A DNA stretch of 63,944 nucleotides, filler included, from Platydemus manokwari (Eukaryota), in the NCBI GenBank assembly GCA_037951405.1. It is 5 parts of 5 records of this genome, joined end to end, with 100 filler letters (N's around TTAATTAATTAA, not from the genome) between each part and the next. Parts side by side here need not be neighbours in the genome. Positions count along the whole stretch, not along the records: positions 1 to 12,162 come from JBBMOY010278893.1; 4 more parts are not named here. One strand, written 5' to 3'. Positions 1 to 9,001 of this stretch are shown here, in pieces. The notes under the pieces were generated by a model, which worked only from the letters and a program-made list of their open reading frames with translations, did not search any database and was not told the origin of the DNA. A program made the position numbers and the translations under genes. Each line of letters opens with the position of its first letter. Within the stretch, counting starts at the first letter, position 1.

Positions 1-935
1 TTTTGTGTTACTTTAGTAACAACTGGTTTCGTTACTGGCTTAGTCTCTTCTTCACTACTACTATCATCATCAGAACTTGATACATCCATCTTTTCAACAA
101 CTGCTTTTGTTACTGGCTTATTTTCTTCTTCACTGCTGCTATCATCATCAGAACTTGATTCTTCTTTTTTCTGAGCTACTTTAGCAACTACTGGTTTCGT
201 TACTGGCTTAGTTTCTTCTTCACTGCTACTATCATCATCTGAACTTGATTCTTCTTTTTTCTGAGCAACTTTAGCAACAACTGGTTTAGTTTCTTCTTCA
301 CTACTACTATCATCATCAGAACTAGATTCTTCTTTCTTTTGTGTTACTTTAGTAACAACTGGTTTCGTTACTGGCTTAGTCTCTTCTTCACTACTACTAT
401 CATCATCAGAACTAGATTCTTCTTTCTTTTGTGTTACTTTAGTATCAACTGGTTTCGTTACTGGTTTAGTTTCTTCTTCACTGCTACTATCATCATCAGA
501 ACTTGATTCTTCTTTTTTCTGAGCTACTTTAGCAACAACTGGTTTCGTTACTGGCTTAGTTTCTTCTTCACTGCTGCTATCATCATCTGAACTTGATTCT
601 TCTTTTTTCTGAGCTACTTTAGCAACAACTGGTTTCGTTTCTTCTTCACTGCTGCTATCATCATCTGAACTTGATTCTTCTTTTTTCTGAGCAACTTTAA
701 CAACAACTGGTTTAGTTTCTTCTTCACTGCTACTGTCATCATCAGAACTAGATTCTTCATTCTTCTGAGCAACTTTAACGATAACTGGTTTTGTGATCGG
801 CTTAGTTTCTTCTTCACTAGTGCTATCATCATCAGAACTTGATTCTTCTTTCTTCGATATCACTTTAGTAACAACTCGTTTTGATACTGTCTGAGTTTCT
901 TCACTGCTACTATCTTCAGCAGAACTTGAATCTTC
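1..935 (-). repeat. Coding tandem repeat, 90-bp (30 aa) unit with 78-bp (26 aa) variants
   Basis: Identical blocks recur 90 bp apart (331/421, 511/601). Shorter units lack one TKPV. Confidence 0.92.
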
Positions 936-1309
936 GTTTTTTGTTGCAACTTCTAATTTAGAAGATACATTTTTAATCTTATTTAACTCTTTTTCCTGAG
1001 AAGTGTTATTGGTTAATTGTTCATTAGATTCATCTTCACTGCAAGTGAAATCTGGTGACTTTTCTTTGAAAGATTTGTCATCAATTTTTTTGTCTTTCTT
1101 CACATCTATAATTATTATTTAATATAACTTTACTTTCGATATTCGTACCTTTATTATCAAGTTTTGGTTGTTTCGTTTTATTGTTGATTTTTACATTATC
1201 TTTTACTCCCTTTTTATCCTATAGAATTATCAAAGTTAAATTTAAATATAATGCTTTTAATTATTCCTAAAATAAAAATTTAACTTACACTTTTAATCTT
1301 CGATACCAT
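1..1309 (-). CDS. Nucleolin/NSR1- or Nopp140/treacle-like nucleolar phosphoprotein, 5' part (runs off the window)
   Basis: Exons 1309-1289 (MVSKIKS), 1218-1149 and 1105-<1 join in frame through GT-AG introns. Exon 3 is open to the window edge and encodes alternating acidic-Ser and basic blocks (KKEESSSDDDSSSEEETKPVTKPVVAKVAQ). The ORF track misses it because there is no stop in the window. Confidence 0.8.
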
Positions 1310-1849
1310 GTTCACGTTTGAAGATCTTTTTAATGATGAATATTTAAACAATAAATACTTCTCGAGACAATATTAAATTCCTAAATATGTATTTCATTTT
1401 CTTTGTAAAATGTTGTAACAATGCTGTAATTTTATTTAGGTTTGTTGATTTTACGAGAAGATTAAGGGTTTTATTTATTATCAATTAGCTATTAAAAACT
1501 AAGCCTAACTCCGTAATTATGATATCATAATTTCTTGGATGAAGAATGATTTACTATTTTAATAATGTTAATTATGTCTAAAATTCTTTATTTGTATTAC
1601 TTTATTTATATTGAGTGATAAATTTCAATAAATAAAAAAACCAAAGCTTAAACAGAATAATACATGTAAAAATATCTTAATTTAAATGTTAACTGCATCT
1701 TGCAAATTTTAATTCAAAAATTGTCCATAAGGATAATTAATTCTTCTATTGTACTTACATTATTTAGTATATAGAAATACGAATTGGATCAATATAATTA
1801 CAAACTTATAAAATTGAATATCTATGTTTTGACTTCAGTACGCACAACA

Positions 1850-2745
1850 AAAATGTATACTGATTTTAAAATTTAAAAGTAATGCGATGGAAGATATTAT
1901 TTGATATTTATTTATGATTACATCAAAGATCTTATGAGTTTTAGAATGAAGGTGATAAAATGAAAAATCTTATCATTGATATTAAATAATGTTGTGAGTG
2001 TTAGTAGAAACTACTTTTTGAAATTTGACACCTGTTTGGAAGACATTAAAAGAAATGATGTCTCTAGTTATCATTTCAAGAAAACTGATAAATAATAGAA
2101 AATACTCAAGTGTGAGAATGGCAATTTACAACAAAAGAAATGTATAGTAACAGTCAATGTGACACAGATAACTCAACAGCACAAGGGGAATTTTAATATT
2201 GTTAATGATCATTTGTGCGCAAAAGTTAAAATGTATCATTCGGAAATATGTACAAACTACTAAAATGATTTAGATAAATAGAAAATTTTGACTATTCAGC
2301 TTCTTTAATCCAATTCTCAATGTGTAAAAACAATAACTTTAATTATCATTAAATAAATAATAATATATAAAAGATTTTCAATGATTTATTCATGAAAAGT
2401 AATCCATTCTAGATAACAAAGTATAATAAATATATTAAAACATAAAAATAAAAGCAGAAATTAAAGTACATAAACAGCACAAATAAATCAACAAAATATA
2501 AAATTAATCAAATAAAGAGATAGGAAATCCGAATCTATATCTGCTTTCATGAAAAACTATTGTAAAGCGATATTAGTTAATTTAAGAATAATCAAACTTT
2601 TCAATTCAAAGTTATAAAAGAATACGAATGTTTGTCAACATTACATAACTCATTACACAAGCTGTTTATTGGAAATTCAAAGCGAACCCAGAAGATAAGG
2701 AAAAATTGACTTTGATCATAAAGCAATGGCGTAATAAAAATTAAA
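1850..2745 (+). mobile_element. Degraded MULE (Mutator/Phantom-like) transposase, N-terminal and core part
   Basis: Broken frames give a FLYWCH-like stretch YHFKKTDK..ILKCENGNLQQKKCIVTV..IVNDHLC (~2065-2220), a PxSIxxDFE-like stretch (~2530-2570) and HYT-QAVYWK-IQ (~2650-2680), matching the MULE CxFHxxQAxxRK motif. Confidence 0.45.
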
Positions 2746-2749
2746 AGTT

Positions 2750-5455
2750 TATTATATGACATAATAATTTTGATTCTGATTCAGGAGGTTCGACCAGTCG
2801 TGAGAAGGTAGGCTGCCTGACCCAAGTCAGCACCCTATCTTAGAATGAGCTAGTCCAATTAACATGTATGAGCACAGTTACTAGAAGGGTACTCCCCAAC
2901 TAACCGAACAAAAGAAAAAAAAAGAGTAAAGGGTAGACTGGTCGACTGGCTTCAAAGAAGTTGCATTACACACTGAGTTCGGTGTTTCTGGACTCATCAT
3001 CGGTTCATGTTCCACGTTCCAGCACTGTTCCCAGATCTGAGAACTCCTGCATTCAAGCAATTAGGAGATTGCGCAGTCATCAGTATCCTCAGAGTATGTT
3101 CATTTCCAAACTCCGATGGTCGGCTAACTGGGTTCTACTGAGGCATTAAATCCTTTTTTACATTCTCACCTATAAATTTAAAATCACAATGTATTATTAA
3201 AATACAACCTAATATTTATAATAATTGATTCAATTACTTCCAAAATTTTTGTTTACAAACAAATAGCCCTTAATGTCATCGGATCTTGGTAGATTTGTCC
3301 CTTCTTTTATGTTAATGAGCAACCCCGTTTGATGGTGATGCCAGATCCGAGCGGACTGCTTTATGTTTTGAAGCAGACATAATATTCGTAAGAATCTTGG
3401 TATTACGTCCGATAAACCAAGCACTTTTAAGACATTCAATGTCTTTTGTGGGACCGAGCCTAATGAAACAACAACTAAAGTGTGTACAGTAACAGTATAG
3501 TTTGACTTATGTTTTTTACTAATTCACAGAGTAGGGTAATAAGACAGATTCCTCTTATCTGCTTGTGTCATTAGGCGCTCAGTTTCCATTGGACATTTAA
3601 TGTCTACAATGAAGACCCGTTTATTTAAGCAGTTCTTAATATAGAGATCTACTCTAAGTTTCGAAATAGTGTATACTACTGTTGCATTAACATTGACCAT
3701 AAGATCAGGTGAGTTAACAAACTCGTGGACCAGCCTTAAACATTCGCCATGCCTTTGTGTAATACATGATTGCAATACATGTGCTAGAGACTCAACAAAG
3801 CATCGACGACACTTTCTTATAAATGGGTCTTTTTAAATGCTGTTGCATTCAATAACAAGACGTTGAGCCTCACTTGGTGTATGAAACGCCAAGCAAAGCC
3901 AGTTATTTGACAATTCCAAATGATCTTGTTTATATTTATGTTTTTGTGAATGACCTCACCAAGAAAGTTTGAGTTTCTACTTTGCAGCCATTTATGTAAA
4001 TCTGATTCCACGAGGGCTAGATGGAGAATTCGTGTAGCTTGTCACTTATGTTTATCTCTAATCACCTGTGCATGGCATACGGCATCGCTCATGAGAATGC
4101 ACACATTTTCACCATCCATTTCAAACTCTAGTACTATTTAGTGTACCATTTTAAAGTAGTTGATTGCTTTGACTATTCTCATCCACCAGGTTTTCTTAGA
4201 GTTTGCATTTCGCTTTGGTTCGATAGATCCATTTAACTATTTTAGGACTTTGTTAAAGGTGTCTATATTTTCAGGGTATCTTTTTTTAAAGGCTTTCATA
4301 AGTCCAGCTTTAATTATATGCCTTAAATTCAAGTCTGATACGTTGAGTAATTTAAATGCTTGTATAATTTGTTGCAGATGGTATTCATCCAGTAAGTCCC
4401 AAAGGCCAGCTCCTCCGTGTAACCTATCCATATAGAGATAACATGTGTCAGCCCAGTCAGGGATATTGAGTATCTTCTTGACTGACTTTCTGAATCGTGA
4501 GATCAAATATCCTGAGAGCACAGCCCTTTTTGAACCACAATCATTTCTAAGAGATCCCAATGTTATTTCTCTAGTTCGGAAACTAAATATGAGAGTCGAA
4601 AATATAATGCTTTTTATCTTATCTATTTTTTGATGGCCAAGCAGGTTTGAACCTGCAACACTTTGCACTAGCCTCAGGAATTTCTGGAGTATTGAATATG
4701 GAGTTTAATTGTTTCCATATTCAACAGGAACCCTCAGGTACTGATAGAATTCACCAAGTGCAATTTTCCGAATCGGTTCCATATTTACCTTTAGCCTCTT
4801 GATTTTATTTTCCATAAATGGAAGGGAGAGATACGCACATTTGTGCGGCTGAAATATGAAATTGCATTTCTTGGCCAAATCAGAGGCCAAATCAAGTAAA
4901 TATTGTAGATCATCTTCTGATCGTGCCACAATGGCAATGTCATCAGCATAATCAAGTAGAGACATTTTTTCCTTGAATAAATATCTTTGATGATTGATAC
5001 GAAGTCATCTCCAATTGCATACTTTTCCATGATCCTCACAAAGTTGGTCAGGAACACTGGGGAAGGTACTTCTAATATCAATGAAAGCGATCGCAACTGG
5101 CCATTGTGTGCGCCTGTGATCCTCCAGGGTTTCAATGCATCCCTCAAATTCCCTCCCACCTTTTTGACCAGTGATCAAAATAGCACTTTGTTTAACCCAC
5201 TCTAGTAGACGATCAACTAAAATACCTGTAAATATTTTATAATTTGAATTCGACAGTGCAATGGGTCCCCAGCTATTAATCGATAGGTAGTCCGATTTAT
5301 CTGGCTTATGTATTAAGGAGGTTCTAAATTGCCTCCTCAGGAATTATTTTTGCTGTAATGATCTTGTTAAAAAGATCGGCTAATAATTCACCTTTAGGAT
5401 CAAGATTGACTCTTTAATTTATCCGGACTCCAACAGATAAAGGTTGAGGTTGCAA
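2750..5455 (-). mobile_element. 5'-truncated, dead non-LTR retrotransposon with RT plus restriction-like endonuclease (NeSL/R5/R4-type RLE clade)
   Basis: RT motifs: IHKPDK..WGPIALSNSNYKIF (~5315-5230), LDYADDIAIVA (~4955), FQPHKC, YQYLRVP, HGGAGL. CCHC knuckle CRRCFVESLAHVLQSC (~3810-3765). RLE motifs RHG..LRVDL..VFIVDIKCP..VVSLGS. Many frameshifts and stops, and the QGxPLSP segment is deleted. Confidence 0.88.
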
Positions 5456-5554
5456 TTTAATCCTTAGATTTTATAAAATAATATTTAGTATATAATATTA
5501 ATATGAAATAAACCAATATTAATCAATAAAATACATTTGATTCATTGAAATAAT

Positions 5555-5760
5555 TTTAACACTAAATTGTATTGCATAACCACAGTAACCTCAAGGTAAA
5601 AGCATAGTGCTTACAATGGGTCTCCAATATGCCGAGATCTACAAGCAATTTCAACTTACAAATATAAAGTCGAGATGAAGGATCTTCCCACCGCCTCGTA
5701 AAGAACTTGTTTATGCACAATAAAAATTAATCTATTATTTATACCTAGGTACTAAAAAGC
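5555..5760 (+). mobile_element. Degraded MULE transposase C-terminal part (probable continuation of 1850-2745)
   Basis: Frameshifted remnants resemble WN..TNNxLEG, HPxIYK (AEIYKQF) and PPPRKELVY, in the expected order. Confidence 0.35.
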
Positions 5761-6333
5761 CTATCTTCAAAACGTGAAAGTGGGGAACCAAGGATTGAGT
5801 CGTTTATTAGATTTTAAAATACCACAATGGTACAAATATACGTGGGCCTGGAGTTAATTTCTACCACAACAATACTCATCTGTATAAAATATCTTCTGAA
5901 TAATGAATAAAATTCAATTAACCCCTGTCAATGAAAGCTAGGTAATAATACTCTGTAGCAAAAAAGAAATTTGAAAATGTTTTAGATAAAATATTTAAAA
6001 AGTACTAAAAAATTAAAAAATTTACAATTAGAGATTTGCTGAACCATCAGTCAATAATATAATTTATTAATAAAAAGTTACGTAGTAAAGTTTAAAACAA
6101 TGCTGACATAATCAGATTAGCTTGTTGATAAAATTATTTTAAAAATATTTTAACCAAGATTCCTCTAGTTCATAAATAATAATAAATCTTAGTCTTAAAT
6201 ATAACTGATTATATTTATAAATATAACTTAATATGCCATCATAGGTAAGTAGATCATATGAATTTAATAAAATTATTTAAGTTACTGATATTAATAAAAG
6301 TAGTTGTTTAAATATTCTTTTATTTTTTGTAAG

Positions 6334-6775
6334 ATGGATAATTCTACTAGACCAACATTAGTATCTAATATTTTAAATCAAGCTACTATTTCTTCGAACA
6401 GATTAGCAATCCTAACAATGTATTTACACGAACAATATAAATTGTACTCGGATAAGGTATTAGCAACTATATAACTATTTAATTATCATTTCGATTAGGA
6501 TATAAAATTTAATATTAGGCAAACTAAATCAAATAATTATGTCACATTAAAAAAAGGAAATATTAAGCAAACGATATCGAAACCAAGCTATCGAAATAAT
6601 GTTGGTAGCCGTGGTAGAAAATCAATTAATTCAGGGGAATTTTCTTTTCATAGAAAATTAACTTCCAAAAAATCAGATTTATCGGTAAAAATTAATTTTA
6701 ATATTATGTTTTTTATTATTTTATTAGGATGGCGATGACATATCTGATAACGACGATGAACTAGAAAGTGATTGA
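6334..6775 (+). CDS. 118-aa BAP18-like paralog (N-terminal helix only, no SANT; basic middle, acidic tail)
   Basis: Exons 6334-6456, 6499-6684 and 6728-6775 are joined by phase-0 GT-AG introns of 42 and 43 nt. MDNSTRPTLVSNILNQATISSNRLAILTMYLH aligns gaplessly with the BAP18 N-terminus (VGEIFSAAGAAFTKLGELTMQLH, recalled). Probable 5'UTR intron at 6245-6333. Confidence 0.7.
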
Positions 6776-6809
6776 ATATAAAATTTTATTGAAATATATT
6801 TACATGGTT

Positions 6810-7401
6810 TTATTCTAAATCATAATTGTCGTCTTCAGAATTATAATTATCTCTAATCTAAATTAATAAATGAAATTAATTTTAAAATTTTAAGAATTAC
6901 TTCGTCATCAGGGTCTATATAATCTGGAGAATGTTCTTCCGATTTCGGTAAATTTTCTTTTTTATTTTTTTCGTACTACAACAAATTATAATTAATGATT
7001 TAACGAATCCAATCAATTACTGTTTCTTCTGTTTTCCAAGCTAAAGTACTAGTCATATCTGAAGAATTACAACCACTCTCCTAAAAGAATAAATAAATAT
7101 ATTAAGTCATTTAAAGACTTACAGTTAAAACATTTCTTTCAACATTGCTGCGAATTTCTTCCTTTGCTTTATTATCTAATGATGTACAAATACTATTTAA
7201 TTCGGAGGAAAATTTCTTAATAGCGCTATAGAATCTTTCAATGTCAGACTGTGACCATTTATTCATATTTGATAAATTTGAATTATCTTTCAACGAGCTT
7301 GCTAAATTACCCATTCGCATAAAAGCTTCACCTGCTTCATTGAAAATATCAGATATTAAATAACCGGATGGCTTGTTTGTTGAATTTTGTAAAACTTGCA
7401 T
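6810..7401 (-). CDS. BAP18: Chromatin complexes subunit BAP18 (C17orf49; NURF/MLL-associated SANT-like protein)
   Basis: Exons 7401-7123, 7080-7021, 6975-6901 and 6857-6810, all phase 0. ISDIFNEAGEAFMRMGNL..KWSQSDIERFYSAIKKFSSELNSI..EIRSNVERNVLTESG matches the BAP18 pattern EIFSAAGAAF..KWTETEIEML..VKRFGDDL..QIKATVKRKVYEDSG. Confidence 0.82.
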
Positions 7402-7885
7402 TTTAAAAAAAAATTAAACGAGATAAATTTAAACAACATTCTTCTAATAATACGCGAATGTTTCTGTAGATACACTTTACAAGTATTTTATGCAGCTTTA
7501 CAGGATTTTCATTATTTTAACTTATTTAGAATTTTTTAATTAAATTAATAACATTAAAAATGTACTCGTTTAAAATATGTTATATGAAGTAAAAAACTAT
7601 TAACGTTAAAATTCATCTGTGGAATTTAATTTAATACTTTTAAATATTTGTATCTTATAGTCAGTCAAAGAATTTGTAAATGAAAATTATCGATCTTTAC
7701 AAGCAAGGCAGTGTGTATCGCTGAATTTTCCTTATATTTTCTACTCAAGAAAATAAAAAGAAATATAATTGGAAACTAAATAATTCACAGGTAGTTCATA
7801 GTTTAATAAAATTTTTCTCATTTATTATCATATTAATTTGTGAATCAAAATTAATTACATAAATATTTAGTTTTCTAGTTTTGCG

Positions 7886-9001
7886 ATGCATCTATCAAAT
7901 ATTACAAACGATGTATTCAAGAAAAGTATGGCATTACAATATTTGGTTATTGCTGGATATACTGTTATATTTTTGTTGGGAGTTGTTGGGAATAGTTTTG
8001 TTATATATGTTGTAATGTGCAGTCGTCATATGCGTACAATAACTAATATTTTTATTAGTAATCTTGCACTTTCTGATATTATTATGTGTTTAATAGCAGT
8101 ACCATTCACACCAATAGCTCTATTCATGAATGATTGGACACTTCCAGCATCTTTGTGTAAAGTTCTTCCTATGACCATGGGTGTATCTGTCTATGTGTCA
8201 ACTCTCACATCTACAGCAATTGCAGTTGATAGATTCTTTATTATTGTACATCCATTTATACCTCGAATGAAAAGCACTTTGTGTGGGTTCATTATATGTG
8301 TTATATGGATTATTGCAATTCTTATATCTCTTCCTTTAGCGGTTTATCAAAAGAAATATGATGATCCTACTCTTCAAACCTCAAGATGTCAAGAAATATG
8401 GCCAAAAGAATCATCAAGAGAAGTATTCACGATTGTCAGTTTTGTTCTTCAGTTTGTTTTACCCTGCATTATTATATCAGTTTGTTATTTTAAAATAAGC
8501 AAAATTCTTCGTCAAAGATGTAAATCGAAAGTTGGATCAGGAACAAAAAGTATCAGAGGAAAAGAAGGCGAAATACGAAGGAAAAGGAAAACAAATAAAA
8601 TGCTAATTGCGATGGTTACCATATTCGTGATTTGTTGGATTCCACTCAATTCGTTGTGGATGGCCACTGATATGTTGATGAATTTCAATTATGACATGAG
8701 AAAACATTCTTTGTTTCCTTTGGGATTTTTCGTTTGCCACATGATAGCAATGAGCAGTGCCGTGTATAATCCATTTTTGTATGCATGGCTTAATGATAAC
8801 TTTAAGAGAGAATTCCGTAATTTAGTTCCTTGTCTTAGTTGTATTTTGAAACCCGTGTCAACTAATAGTGCTAGTTTTACTTGCCGACCTGACAGTCGCA
8901 TTGCTACAACATACCAAATGACAACGTGTGAACAGGAAGAGGACTCTTCGAAGAAAACCCTTCTTCCATGCTCCGATTCTCATCTGAAATTAATGAACTG
9001 A
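7886..9001 (+). CDS. Rhodopsin-class neuropeptide GPCR, NPY/sNPF/prolactin-releasing-peptide receptor family, intronless CDS
   Basis: 371 aa with 7 TM segments. Motifs: GN in TM1, NLALSD, VSTLTSTAIAVDRF, CWIP, AMSSAVYNPFLYAWLNDNF. Probable 5'UTR intron at ~7791-7878. Confidence 0.93.
   Translation: MHLSNITNDVFKKSMALQYLVIAGYTVIFLLGVVGNSFVIYVVMCSRHMRTITNIFISNLALSDIIMCLIAVPFTPIALFMNDWTLPASLCKVLPMTMGVSVYVSTLTSTAIAVDRFFIIVHPFIPRMKSTLCGFIICVIWIIAILISLPLAVYQKKYDDPTLQTSRCQEIWPKESSREVFTIVSFVLQFVLPCIIISVCYFKISKILRQRCKSKVGSGTKSIRGKEGEIRRKRKTNKMLIAMVTIFVICWIPLNSLWMATDMLMNFNYDMRKHSLFPLGFFVCHMIAMSSAVYNPFLYAWLNDNFKREFRNLVPCLSCILKPVSTNSASFTCRPDSRIATTYQMTTCEQEEDSSKKTLLPCSDSHLKLMN

Noticed and set aside
614-832. 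72-aa ORF MMIALVKKK...
   Set aside because: Alternate-frame shadow of the repeat exon of the nucleolar protein.
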